A DNA stretch of 64,000 nucleotides, from positions 2,944 to 66,943 of the forward strand of contig CAZUHH010000003.1 of assembly GCA_964620755.1 (NCBI GenBank). Direction: 5' to 3'. The DNA is from an uncultured Bacteroides sp. Its GTDB lineage: Bacteria > Bacteroidota > Bacteroidia > G022818785. Positions 44,122-54,795 of this stretch are shown here, piece after piece. The position numbers and the translations under genes are program-made. How positions within the stretch are numbered: position 1 is the first letter of the stretch; each line of letters starts with the position of its first letter. The notes beneath the pieces are model-generated. The model ran no database searches. It saw only the letters and a list, made by a program, of their open reading frames with translations, and was not told where the DNA came from.

Positions 44122-45570
44122 TTATCCTACACTATTTTCTAATGTTATTGAAAGCAATTTTTGTGCTTCTACTGCAAATTCCATTGGCAAATGTTTTAAA
44201 ACTTCACGACAATAGCCATTAACAATTAATGCTAAAGCTGTTTCATCAGATATTCCTCTTTGTTGACAATAGAAAAGTTGATCTTCTCCAATTTTTGATG
44301 TAGTAGCTTCATGTTCTACTTTTGATTTTTTATTATGAACTGATATATAAGGAAATGTATGTGCTCCACATTCCTTTCCTATTAATAATGAATCACATTG
44401 CGTGAAATTACGTGAATTCATAGCTTTTGAGCCGATACTTACTAATCCCCTATATGAGTTGTTACCATGTCCTGCTGATATGCCTTTAGAAACAATTCTA
44501 CTTTTTGTATTTTCACCAATATGAATCATTTTTGTACCAGTATCAGCCTGTTGATAATTATTTGTTATAGCTACAGAATGAAATTCACCTTGAGAATAAT
44601 TACCTTTCAATATTACACTAGGGTATTTCCATGTTATAGATGAACCTGTTTCTACCTGTGTCCACGATATTTTAGAATTATTTCCTAAACATAAACCTCT
44701 TTTAGTTACAAAATTATATATCCCACCTTTACCATTTTTATCTCCAGGATACCAATTTTGAATTGTTGAATATTTAACTTCTGCATTTTCCAAAGCAATT
44801 ATTTCAACTACTGCAGCATGTAATTGATTTTCATCCCTTTGTGGTGCAGTACAACCTTCTAAATAACTTACATAAGAATTTTTATCAGCAATAATAAGAG
44901 TACGTTCAAATTGACCTGTATTTATAGCGTTAATTCTGAAATAAGTTGAAAGCTCCATAGGGCATCTAACTCCTTCTGGAATATAAACAAAAGAACCATC
45001 TGAAAATACAGCAGAATTTAATGCAGCAAAAAAATTATCATTTTGAGGAACAACAGTTCCAAGATATTTTTCTACTAAATAGCTATATGATTTAATAGCT
45101 TCACTAATAGAACAAAAAATAATACCTAACTTCTTTAATTTATCTTTAAAAGTAGTAAATACAGATGTTGAATCAAAAACTGCATCTACAGCTATACCAG
45201 ATAATATTTTTTGTTCAGTTAATGGAATTCCTAACTTATCAAATGTTTTTTTTATTTCAGGATCTATATCATCTATACTAGATATAGTTTTATTTTTTTT
45301 AGGTACGGCTAGATAAGATATTTTTTGATATTCGATAGGATTATAATTTATATTTGCCCAATGAGGCTCAATCATTTTACGCCATATTTCATATGATCTT
45401 AATCTCCATTGTAAAAAATTATCAGATTCATTTTTCTTTTTAGAAATAAAATTAATTATTTCTTCATTAATTCCTATATCCGAATAATCTGTTAATACAT
45501 CACTATGAAACCCATATTTATATTCTTTACTAACAAAATTATCTATTGTACTTTGATTTTTATTTGACAT
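44122..45570 (-). CDS. sufB: Fe-S cluster assembly scaffold SufB
   Basis: 482 aa; highly conserved SufB core. Confidence 0.9.
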   Translation of the reverse strand: MSNKNQSTIDNFVSKEYKYGFHSDVLTDYSDIGINEEIINFISKKKNESDNFLQWRLRSYEIWRKMIEPHWANINYNPIEYQKISYLAVPKKNKTISSIDDIDPEIKKTFDKLGIPLTEQKILSGIAVDAVFDSTSVFTTFKDKLKKLGIIFCSISEAIKSYSYLVEKYLGTVVPQNDNFFAALNSAVFSDGSFVYIPEGVRCPMELSTYFRINAINTGQFERTLIIADKNSYVSYLEGCTAPQRDENQLHAAVVEIIALENAEVKYSTIQNWYPGDKNGKGGIYNFVTKRGLCLGNNSKISWTQVETGSSITWKYPSVILKGNYSQGEFHSVAITNNYQQADTGTKMIHIGENTKSRIVSKGISAGHGNNSYRGLVSIGSKAMNSRNFTQCDSLLIGKECGAHTFPYISVHNKKSKVEHEATTSKIGEDQLFYCQQRGISDETALALIVNGYCREVLKHLPMEFAVEAQKLLSITLENSVG

Positions 45571-45713
45571 GATATATTCATATATTTTGTCTTGTAAGCT
45601 AAATACATATTATATGATTTATCTATTAAAACTAATGTAATTAAATAAAATTTTTTAAATTAAAAAAAAATATTTTTATTTAAAGAATAATATTATATGA
45701 TTTATTATATACA

Positions 45714-47021
45714 ATGAATAATTTTAAATGGTATATTGATAAACACAAAAATAGATTTATTAAAGAATTAAAAGATTTTTTATCAATTCCTTCAATTAGC
45801 ACTCACAAATTTAATGTTAAATATTTACATGAAGCAGCTTTTTTTTTAAAAAAAAAGCTTGAAATTATAGGAATGAATAATATAAAAATTTATAATCAAG
45901 ATACTATTCCTATATTATATGGCGAAAAAATAATAGATAACAACTTACCTACTATTTTAATATATGGACATTATGATGTTCAAGACCCTAATCCAATATC
46001 TTTATGGGATTCTGATCCGTTTGATCCTATTATTAAAACAACTTGCTATCATCCAGAAGGAGCAATTTTTGCTAGAGGGGCCACTGACAATAAAGGTCAA
46101 ATATATATGTATTTAAAAGCTTTAGAAGTAATACAATATTACAATTATTGTGCTTGTAATTTAAAAATTATAATTGAAGGAGAAGAAGAAATTGGATCTA
46201 AAGGATTAATTAATTTTATTATTAAAAATAAAAATATTGTTAATGCAGATGTAGTATTAATTTCAGATACTACTATGATTGGTAAAAATAAACCTAGCAT
46301 TACAGTATCCTTAAGGGGAATTACAGGTATAGAAATAGAGATATCCAATAAAATAAAAAAAGATTTACATAGTGGAATAAATAGCGGCAATATATCAAAT
46401 CCTATTAATGTAATAGCTAATATTATATCAAGTATTTCCGACATAAATGGTAATATAATAATACCAGAATTTTATAAAAATACAAAATATTTAAATGTTA
46501 ATAAGCAATATGATAAAACAGCAAGTTTTGATAGTGTATTACATCCATCAATAGATTTTAATGGTATATCAGGAGGATATATTAATCAGGGATTGAAAAC
46601 TATCATCCCATATAAAGCCACTTTAAAATTAACATCTAGAATAGTATATAATCAAACTTATCAGTCTATTAATAAAATAATAATTGATCATATTAAAAAA
46701 ATAATACCATCATATGCCAACATACATATTACTAAATATGCTGGCTCCAATCCAGTTTTTTTACCTCAAAATTCTTATGGATATAAGATAGCAAATAAAG
46801 CATTAAAAAAAGTTTTTAATACAATCGCACAACCAATATACTCTGGTGGTACAATACCTATTGTTGATATATTGCATAACGATTTAAACATTGATGTTAT
46901 ATTGATAGGTTTTGGATTACCATCAGATAATCTACATGCGCCTAATGAACATTATGGATTAGATAATTTTTTCAAAGGCATTGAAACAATAATATACTTT
47001 ATAAAGTATTATAAATTATAA
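45714..47021 (+). CDS. M20-family metallopeptidase (dipeptidase/DapE-ArgE-like)
   Basis: 435 aa; metal-binding motifs ILIYGHYDVQDP, GARGATDNKGQ, EGEEEIGS. Confidence 0.65.
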   Translation: MNNFKWYIDKHKNRFIKELKDFLSIPSISTHKFNVKYLHEAAFFLKKKLEIIGMNNIKIYNQDTIPILYGEKIIDNNLPTILIYGHYDVQDPNPISLWDSDPFDPIIKTTCYHPEGAIFARGATDNKGQIYMYLKALEVIQYYNYCACNLKIIIEGEEEIGSKGLINFIIKNKNIVNADVVLISDTTMIGKNKPSITVSLRGITGIEIEISNKIKKDLHSGINSGNISNPINVIANIISSISDINGNIIIPEFYKNTKYLNVNKQYDKTASFDSVLHPSIDFNGISGGYINQGLKTIIPYKATLKLTSRIVYNQTYQSINKIIIDHIKKIIPSYANIHITKYAGSNPVFLPQNSYGYKIANKALKKVFNTIAQPIYSGGTIPIVDILHNDLNIDVILIGFGLPSDNLHAPNEHYGLDNFFKGIETIIYFIKYYKL

Positions 47022-47023
47022 TT

Positions 47024-47329
47024 TTATTTAATAACTAATTTATCATTGATAAATTCATCTATAGCTATAGAAGTTGTTTTTGGCAAAGCATCAAAATTTT
47101 TTAATATAGATATTTTTTCAATATTAATTATATTATCATCATCGTAACTATCATCTTTATGGTTTGTTTTAGTAATCTTATCTTCTATAATTTGTTTTAA
47201 CTTCAAATCTAAATGTTCAGATCTTTTATAAATAGCTACAATAGATTTGTATAAATTACCTGTTAAACTAGCAATATCTTTAATATTACGAGTAACGACA
47301 TATTTTTGTATTTTACTATATTGCTCCAT
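47024..47329 (-). CDS. rpoZ: RNA polymerase omega subunit (Bacteroidota-type RpoZ)
   Basis: 101 aa; LTGNLYKSIVAIYKRSEHL and C-terminal LPKTTSIAIDEF match Flavobacteriia omega. Confidence 0.55.
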   Translation of the reverse strand: MEQYSKIQKYVVTRNIKDIASLTGNLYKSIVAIYKRSEHLDLKLKQIIEDKITKTNHKDDSYDDDNIINIEKISILKNFDALPKTTSIAIDEFINDKLVIK

Positions 47330-47399
47330 AAGAACATTATGTTGTTTTTATTAAAAATAAATAATATTAATGAATAAATTACTTTATTTTATTTAATAA

Positions 47400-47702
47400 C
47401 TATTTACTTTCTATGTTGTTATTCTTTTTAGGATGTTGACTTGTATTGTTTTTAATACTATTATTTTTAATAAATTCAAAAGCTTCCTTTAATACATTAC
47501 TAAAATTGTCAAAATCTTCTTTATAAAGAAATATTTTATGTTTTATAAATGTACCATCTTCAAAACGTTTTTTACTTTCTGTTATAACTATGTAACAATC
47601 ATTATTACGTGTTTCTCTAACATCAAAAAAATAAGTTCTTTTACCTGATCTAATTCTTCTAGAGAACAAATCTTTATACTTATTATCTTCAAACTCTTTC
47701 AT
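47400..47702 (-). CDS. DUF3276 (PUR-alpha-like nucleic-acid-binding) family protein
   Basis: 100 aa; SRRIRSGKRTYFFDVRETRNNDCYIVITESKK...IFLYKEDFDNFSNVLKEA matches the Bacteroidota DUF3276 family. Confidence 0.6.
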   Translation of the reverse strand: MKEFEDNKYKDLFSRRIRSGKRTYFFDVRETRNNDCYIVITESKKRFEDGTFIKHKIFLYKEDFDNFSNVLKEAFEFIKNNSIKNNTSQHPKKNNNIESK

Positions 47703-47816
47703 TGTTATTTTAATGGATTTTAATGTAAATTATTATCTCAAAATTAACATATATTTTATAAAAAACAAAAAATAACTATTTTTAATTATAATATGATTTG
47801 TAAATATAATTAATAA

Positions 47817-48518
47817 ATGACTTATATAAATATAAAAAAGATACAAATAAGTGAAGATTGGATGCAATTACTACATGATGAATTTAATAAAAAATATATG
47901 ATTCAATTAAAGTCATTTTTATTAAAAGAAATATCTAATGGATATACAATATATCCAAAAAGTAATTGTGTGTTTCGTGCTTTAAATATTACTAGTTTTA
48001 ATAAAATTAAAATAGTAATCTTAGGGCAAGATCCATATTATAATTATCAGCAAGCTAATGGACTAGCATTTTCAGTCAATGATAATATAATTATACCACC
48101 TTCATTAAAAAATATATATAAAGAAATATCTAATAATATTAATGAATTTATAATTCCTAAGTCTGGTAATTTAACATTTTGGGGGGAACAAGGAATTTTG
48201 TTGTTAAATAGCACACTTACAGTTAGAAAAAATTATCCAGGATCTCATAAAAATCAAGGTTGGGAAATTTTTACCAATTATATTATTAATTTAATTTCTG
48301 TTCATAAAAAAAATATAATATTTTTTTTATGGGGTAGGGATGCTATTTCAAAAAAATATATAATAGATAAAAAAAGGCATTATATTTTAACAGCGTCACA
48401 TCCATCACCTTTATCTGCCTATAAAGGTTTTTTTGGATGCAATCATTTTATTAAAGCTAATACAATACTGCGAAATAATAATCAATCAATTATTGATTGG
48501 CAAATAAAACCTATATAG
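47817..48518 (+). CDS. ung: Uracil-DNA glycosylase (family 1)
   Basis: 233 aa; ILGQDPYYNYQQANGLAFSV and HPSPLSA motifs. Confidence 0.9.
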   Translation: MTYINIKKIQISEDWMQLLHDEFNKKYMIQLKSFLLKEISNGYTIYPKSNCVFRALNITSFNKIKIVILGQDPYYNYQQANGLAFSVNDNIIIPPSLKNIYKEISNNINEFIIPKSGNLTFWGEQGILLLNSTLTVRKNYPGSHKNQGWEIFTNYIINLISVHKKNIIFFLWGRDAISKKYIIDKKRHYILTASHPSPLSAYKGFFGCNHFIKANTILRNNNQSIIDWQIKPI

Positions 48519-48588
48519 TAGAGGTTTATTCAATATAAAAATAAAGTAATTGTATATATTTGTATTATTGATATATATATAATAATTT

Positions 48589-50001
48589 ATGGATAAAAAA
48601 AATGTTTCAATTAAATCTCTAGATGAAATTCATTCATCAGTCAAAGTAATTAATGAAAATAATTTTTGGAAAAAAATATTTTCATTTTTAGGGCCAGCTT
48701 ATCTAATAGGTGTAGGATATATTGATCCAGGTAATTGGGCAACAGATTTAGCTGCTGGAAGTTTCTTTGAATATAAATTGATATGGATTTTAATAATATC
48801 AAATATAATAGCATTATTTTTACAACATTTGAGTGCTCGGTTAGGGATAATTAAAGGTATGGATTTAGCTCAATTATCTAGATTTATATATCCTAAATAT
48901 ATTAATTTTATTTTATATTTATTAGCGGAATTATCAATAATAGCTACTGATCTAGCTGAAGTAATAGGAATGGCAATAGGATTGAAATTATTATTAGGTA
49001 TATCAATATTTAATGCAATAATAATTACTTTATTTGATACTTTTTTAATATTTTTCTTATTTGGTCGTAGTATGAGAATTATGGAATTATTTATAATTAT
49101 TATGATTACAATAGCTGGTATATCGTTATTTACACAAGTTATAATTGCTAAACCTAATTTATATAGTATTTGTAAGGGTATAATTCCATCAAAATTAAAT
49201 TATGAAGAATTGTATATATCTATTGGCATAATAGGATCTACTGTCATGCCACATAACTTATATTTACATTCATCAATTGTTCAAACTAGAATTATTCAAC
49301 ATAATAAAAAGAATATCAATGAAGCAATTAAATATAATTTTATAGATACTATAATAGCTCTTAATATAGCGTTTTTAATTAATGTTGCTATTATGGTTTT
49401 AGCTGCATCTGTATTTTACTATGAAAATATTTTTGTAGATTCAATAGAATTAGCTCATAATTTAATGAGTAAAATTGGTACTTTATCTCCAATTTTATTT
49501 GCAATTGCATTAATTGCATCTGGCCAAAGTTCAACTATTACTGGCACATTAGCAGGGCAAATAGTTATGGAAGGATATTTAAATTTTAAAATAAATCCTT
49601 GGTTAAGGCGTATTATTACAAGATCATTAGCTATATTGCCATCCTTATTAATAGTTGGCTTATTAGGAGATAATTGTATAGGTCAATTATTAATTTTTAG
49701 TCAAGTTGTATTAAGTTTACAATTAGGATTTGCAATAATACCTCTTATATATTTTAACAGTAGTTATTCTATTATGAAAGATTTTGTTATTAAAAAATGG
49801 CAAATTATATACGCCATTTTATTGGCAATAATAATTATTGTGTTAAATTTATATTTAGTTATATCAAATATAATAATTTTAAATTTTAATAATAACAAAT
49901 TATGGTATGTAATGAGTTTTACATTAATATTAAGTGTATTATTATTAATTTATATATCTTTATATCCTTTTATTAAATTTTTTAAGAAATATTTTTATTA
50001 A
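48589..50001 (+). CDS. mntH: NRAMP-family divalent metal (Mn2+/Fe2+) transporter
   Basis: 470 aa, about 11 TM; GPAYLIGVGYIDPGNWATDL signature. Confidence 0.9.
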   Translation: MDKKNVSIKSLDEIHSSVKVINENNFWKKIFSFLGPAYLIGVGYIDPGNWATDLAAGSFFEYKLIWILIISNIIALFLQHLSARLGIIKGMDLAQLSRFIYPKYINFILYLLAELSIIATDLAEVIGMAIGLKLLLGISIFNAIIITLFDTFLIFFLFGRSMRIMELFIIIMITIAGISLFTQVIIAKPNLYSICKGIIPSKLNYEELYISIGIIGSTVMPHNLYLHSSIVQTRIIQHNKKNINEAIKYNFIDTIIALNIAFLINVAIMVLAASVFYYENIFVDSIELAHNLMSKIGTLSPILFAIALIASGQSSTITGTLAGQIVMEGYLNFKINPWLRRIITRSLAILPSLLIVGLLGDNCIGQLLIFSQVVLSLQLGFAIIPLIYFNSSYSIMKDFVIKKWQIIYAILLAIIIIVLNLYLVISNIIILNFNNNKLWYVMSFTLILSVLLLIYISLYPFIKFFKKYFY

Positions 50002-50055
50002 TGATAATAGTATATTTCAAAATACTATTTCTTCATGATAAAATAATTACAATAT

Positions 50056-50496
50056 ATGATGATTAATATTATAAAAAATAAAAAAATTTTTTATGATTAT
50101 TTTATTATAGCAACTTATAATGCAGGTATTGTTTTATATGGATCTGAAATAAAATCTATTAGAAATTATAATGTTACTATTAATGATGCTTATTGTTACA
50201 TTATTAATAATACTATTTATGTTCGTAATATATTTATAGCTCAATATCAAAAAACATCTTTAATAGATTATCATGACGTTACAAGAGATAGAATATTACT
50301 ATTAAAAAGAAGAGAAATATCATCAATAAAAAGTAAAATATCTAATTTAAAATTGACTATTGTTCCTTTAATGTTATTTATTAATAATAATAACTATGCA
50401 AAATTACAAATAGGTATAGTAAAAGGAAAGAAATTATATGATAAAAGAAATATAATTAAAGAAAGAGATATTAAAAAATCGTTACAATACAAGTAA
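50056..50496 (+). CDS. smpB: SsrA-binding protein
   Basis: 146 aa; NKKIFYDYFIIATYNAGIVLYGSEIKSIR. Confidence 0.85.
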   Translation: MMINIIKNKKIFYDYFIIATYNAGIVLYGSEIKSIRNYNVTINDAYCYIINNTIYVRNIFIAQYQKTSLIDYHDVTRDRILLLKRREISSIKSKISNLKLTIVPLMLFINNNNYAKLQIGIVKGKKLYDKRNIIKERDIKKSLQYK

Positions 50497-50508
50497 GATA
50501 GATATATT

Positions 50509-52218
50509 ATGAATACTTTTATTAAAATACTTCCTAAATTTATATATAGTAAAATTGCTGCAGGTGAAATTATACATAATCTTTCTTCTATTGTAAAAGA
50601 AATAATAGAAAATTCTATTGATGCCAATGCAAAAACCATTAAATTAATAGTACAAGATTATGGTAAAAGTTTTATACAAATTATAGATGATGGTTATGGC
50701 ATGCAATTAAATGATGTTTTAATATGTTGTAAACGTTACTCAACATCTAAGATATCTCATTTTAAAGATTTAACACAATTAAGTACTATGGGATTTAGAG
50801 GTGAGGCTTTATTTTCAATTGCTTCTATTGCTAGAATTACTATAATTACTAGATATTATAAAGAAGAAATAGGAACTTCTTTAATAATTCAAAATAATAA
50901 TATTTTAGAATGTAAGAAATGTTATTGTAATATTGGAACATCAATTATAGTTGATAATATATTTTTTAATTTTCCAGCTAGAAGAAAATCTATTAAAAGT
51001 AATTTTACGGAATTACAAAATATTATAAATGTTTTTATTCAAAATACATTATCTAATTTGGATATTGAATTTTATATGTATCATCAAAATAAAAAAATTT
51101 TTCATACTTGTAAATCATCTTTAATTGATAGACTAATATCAATTTATAAAATTGATTATATTAATAAAATAATTCCTATATATATCAAAAATGATAATAT
51201 TGTTATAGATGGGTTTATAAGTAATCCTAATTATATAAAAAATTGTAAAAAATATCAATTTATATTTATAAATAAACGATATACTACGAATAATAATATA
51301 CACAATGCTATTATTGATATATATAAAAAATTATTACTAAAACATAGCAATCCATTTTATATTATCAATATTAATATTAATCCTACTTTTTTGGATATTA
51401 ATATTAATCCTGATAAAAGTAAAATTGAATTATATAATTTAAAATCAATTAACAATTTGATTAAAAATTCTATTAAAATTGCGATAGAAAAATACAATTT
51501 TAATGATAATTTTATTATTCCATCAATATCTAAAACATCATATAAAAATATTACATTATATTCTAAAAATAATAATTATTTTAAAGATAAAAACAAATTA
51601 GATGCTATTAAATATTTAAAAGAAATATTAATTAACAATAATAATATGAAATTGAAAACATATCAATTATTTAACAAATATATAGTGATAAATATTTTTC
51701 ATGGAATTATGTTAATAGATCAAAAAATTGCACATCAAAAAATTTTGTATGAACAATGTATAAATAATAAAAATAATAATAGTAATATTTTATTATTTCC
51801 CAATAACATTATATTAAATGACTTAGAGTATAAATTATTTATGGAATTAAGCCATGAATTTAGTTTATTAGGATTTATTTATGATATTAAATATAATAAT
51901 AATATAATTATAAAAGGTGTTCCTAATATTATATATTTTAACGATCAAATTAACTATTTAAAATTATTATTAGATAATTATAAAAATAATTTAAATGAAT
52001 ATAGAAAAAATAAAAAAGACAGTATTGCTAAATATATAGCAAAAATTTGTTCAATTAAATATGATGTTGAGTTGAATTGTTTAAAAAGGTATAATATTGT
52101 TTATTTTTTATTTTTATGTAAAAAGCCAACGATAGGTCTTGAAATGAAATCAACAATTGAATTATTAACTTTTGAAAATATAGAAAAAAAATTTAAAAAA
52201 TATGATTTATACATTTGA
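50509..52218 (+). CDS. mutL: DNA mismatch repair protein MutL
   Basis: 569 aa; GHKL ATPase motifs IAAGEII, ENSIDANA, DDGYGM. Confidence 0.85.
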   Translation: MNTFIKILPKFIYSKIAAGEIIHNLSSIVKEIIENSIDANAKTIKLIVQDYGKSFIQIIDDGYGMQLNDVLICCKRYSTSKISHFKDLTQLSTMGFRGEALFSIASIARITIITRYYKEEIGTSLIIQNNNILECKKCYCNIGTSIIVDNIFFNFPARRKSIKSNFTELQNIINVFIQNTLSNLDIEFYMYHQNKKIFHTCKSSLIDRLISIYKIDYINKIIPIYIKNDNIVIDGFISNPNYIKNCKKYQFIFINKRYTTNNNIHNAIIDIYKKLLLKHSNPFYIINININPTFLDININPDKSKIELYNLKSINNLIKNSIKIAIEKYNFNDNFIIPSISKTSYKNITLYSKNNNYFKDKNKLDAIKYLKEILINNNNMKLKTYQLFNKYIVINIFHGIMLIDQKIAHQKILYEQCINNKNNNSNILLFPNNIILNDLEYKLFMELSHEFSLLGFIYDIKYNNNIIIKGVPNIIYFNDQINYLKLLLDNYKNNLNEYRKNKKDSIAKYIAKICSIKYDVELNCLKRYNIVYFLFLCKKPTIGLEMKSTIELLTFENIEKKFKKYDLYI

Positions 52219-52870
52219 TATTAAAATAACACCTGTAGTAAAAAATATTTTAATTATTAATTTATTATTTTTTAGTGCTACACATTTAATTGATTATAAT
52301 TTTATTATATATAATTTTGGTGTTTTTTATTTTGATTCATTTAGATTTAGAATATGGCAAATAATTACATATATGTTTATTCATATTGATTTGTCTCATA
52401 TATTATTTAATATGTATGCATTATTTATTTTTGGACAACAATTGGAAAATTTTTGGGGATCTAAAAAATTTTTACAGTACTATATAATAACTGGAGTAGG
52501 TGCTTTATTAATTCATATGATTTTTATGTCTTTAGAAATTAATTCCATTATTGGTCAATTTACAATTAAAGATTTTACTAATATTCCTCAAGAAGTTTTT
52601 AATATATATAATATACCTATTATAGGGGCTTCAGGAGTTGTATTTGGATTATTGCTGGCATTTGGAATTGTATTTCCTAACATATTATTACATATAATAA
52701 TATTTCCTATTCCTATAAAAGCTAAATATTTTATTATTATATATGGATTATTTGAATTATTATTAGGTATTATGAAAATTAATGGTGATAAAATTGCACA
52801 TTTTGCTCATATAGGTGGTATTATATGTGGATATATATTAATAAAAATATGGCAATTTATGAAATATTGA
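52202..52870 (+). CDS. Rhomboid-family intramembrane serine protease
   Basis: 222 aa, 6 TM; catalytic GASGVVFGLL (Ser) and HIGGIICG (His). Confidence 0.8.
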   Translation: MIYTFDIKITPVVKNILIINLLFFSATHLIDYNFIIYNFGVFYFDSFRFRIWQIITYMFIHIDLSHILFNMYALFIFGQQLENFWGSKKFLQYYIITGVGALLIHMIFMSLEINSIIGQFTIKDFTNIPQEVFNIYNIPIIGASGVVFGLLLAFGIVFPNILLHIIIFPIPIKAKYFIIIYGLFELLLGIMKINGDKIAHFAHIGGIICGYILIKIWQFMKY

Positions 52871-53984
52871 TTTTACTAATAATTCTTTTAATATAAATAT
52901 TTGTTATTATTATAATCAATAGTATTGATATTAGTATAATTACAAAATTATTAATTAATAATTCTTTTATATTAAAATAAACAGGATAGTAATTTATAAT
53001 ATTACTATCAATTTTTAATATTTTATATTTTTTTTGTAATGATAATAATAATAAACTGATAATAGTTCCAATCAAATTGCTTATAATAATTGTAAATATT
53101 CCAATATATATATATATATTACATATATATTTTGTTTTATAACCTAAACTATATAATATATATATATCATTTTTTTTTTCATGTATCATAGCAAAAATAG
53201 ATAATAAATTAATATTTAAAGATATTAATATCATAATAAAATGAATAATATAAATCATTAATTTTTCATATAACATTATTTTAACTATATCTTTGTTATA
53301 TTTATAAATGATAATATTTTTATTTATAATATTTTTCAATTTTTGTATAAAATTGGTTATTTCATAGCCATTTTTTAATTTTATATTTATTTTTTCTTTA
53401 AAAGAAAAAAAATTATCTAAATTATTAACAATAAAATTAATATTAGTATAAATATGAGGAAATTGATTTTCATCAAAAAATGATTTTTTGTTTAAAATAA
53501 AAAAATTATTGATATTATTTTTTGAATTTATAATATCAATTACATTTATTAATTGATTATTAAAATTAATATCTAATTTTTTAGCCAACACGTCATTAAT
53601 GTAACATGTATAATAATTGTTATAAGTATTATTAATATGGTTTTCTAATCCTATTATAGAACTAATAGTATATTTTTTATTATGTTTAATAATAGCATTA
53701 CATTCTAATATATGATAGATGTTACTTATTTCTTCAATATTAAATAATAAATCTTGATAAAGAAAAATATTTTTTTTATCATAATTAATAATTTGTACAT
53801 CAGGTATATTATTAATAAACTTGCTATTTATAATATTATGAAATCCATTAGTAATGGATAAAAATATAATCATAGAACATATTATTAATATATTAGATAT
53901 CAATGCAATGATTATTAATATATTAATAATAAAATATAGTTTTTTAGATGTTAAATATCGATAAAATATATATAAACTCAACAT
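52857..53984 (-). CDS. FtsX-like ABC-transporter permease (LolC/E-type)
   Basis: 375 aa; N-terminal RYLTSKK plus TM1, large extracytoplasmic loop, C-terminal three-TM FtsX domain. No adjacent ATPase. Confidence 0.5.
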   Translation of the reverse strand: MLSLYIFYRYLTSKKLYFIINILIIIALISNILIICSMIIFLSITNGFHNIINSKFINNIPDVQIINYDKKNIFLYQDLLFNIEEISNIYHILECNAIIKHNKKYTISSIIGLENHINNTYNNYYTCYINDVLAKKLDINFNNQLINVIDIINSKNNINNFFILNKKSFFDENQFPHIYTNINFIVNNLDNFFSFKEKINIKLKNGYEITNFIQKLKNIINKNIIIYKYNKDIVKIMLYEKLMIYIIHFIMILISLNINLLSIFAMIHEKKNDIYILYSLGYKTKYICNIYIYIGIFTIIISNLIGTIISLLLLSLQKKYKILKIDSNIINYYPVYFNIKELLINNFVIILISILLIIIITNIYIKRIISKINIS

Positions 53985-54000
53985 AATAGTTGAATAAGTA

Positions 54001-54795
54001 TTATGTTGAAAATTCTTTTTTCAATAAATTCCTTAATTCTAACAAAGATATATTAGAGTGTAAAATACCATCTTTAGCATATGATATTTGTCCATTTTCT
54101 TCAGATAATACTAATGCAAAAGAATCTATTATTTCAGATATTCCCAATGCAGCTCTATGTCTTAATCCAAAATGCAATGGTATTTGTGTATTTGATGTTA
54201 ATGGTAATATACAACTAGCATATATTATTCTATGATTAGATATAATAACAGCTCCATCATGCAAAGGACAGTTTTTAGAAAAAATACATTCTAATAATCT
54301 TTTAGATAATACAGCATCTATTAATTCTCCATTGTTAAATGAATCATTATAGTTAATATTAGGTATTAAAATAATAAGCATACCTATTTTAGATATTCTC
54401 ATATTACGTATAGCATCTATAATAGGCCTTATATGATTATAATGTATATTTTTTGATATTTTTTTTGGAAATAAGAAATTTATCCATTTAAGATTTTTAT
54501 TATTAATAAAATTTCTTCCAAGCATTAATAAAAATTTCCTTATTTCTTCTTGAAATACTATAATAAGTGATATAATTCCAACACTTGATATTTTATTAAA
54601 AATACTAATCATTAATTTCATATTTAAAATATTAACTAATATATTAAATAATAATATTAAAGAAATACCAATAATAATATTAATTGCAATTGTTCCTCTT
54701 ATTAATTTTATAAATAGATATATTATAGTTATTACTAATAATAAATCTAAAATATCTAAAAATCTTATGTCGTATAATAAGTTACTATAAATCAT
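54001..54795 (-). CDS. cdaA: Diadenylate cyclase CdaA (c-di-AMP synthase, DisA_N domain)
   Basis: 264 aa; three N-terminal TM helices, then a DAC domain with HDGAVIIS, HFGLRHRAALGISE, VLSEENGQIS. Confidence 0.8.
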   Translation of the reverse strand: MIYSNLLYDIRFLDILDLLLVITIIYLFIKLIRGTIAINIIIGISLILLFNILVNILNMKLMISIFNKISSVGIISLIIVFQEEIRKFLLMLGRNFINNKNLKWINFLFPKKISKNIHYNHIRPIIDAIRNMRISKIGMLIILIPNINYNDSFNNGELIDAVLSKRLLECIFSKNCPLHDGAVIISNHRIIYASCILPLTSNTQIPLHFGLRHRAALGISEIIDSFALVLSEENGQISYAKDGILHSNISLLELRNLLKKEFST

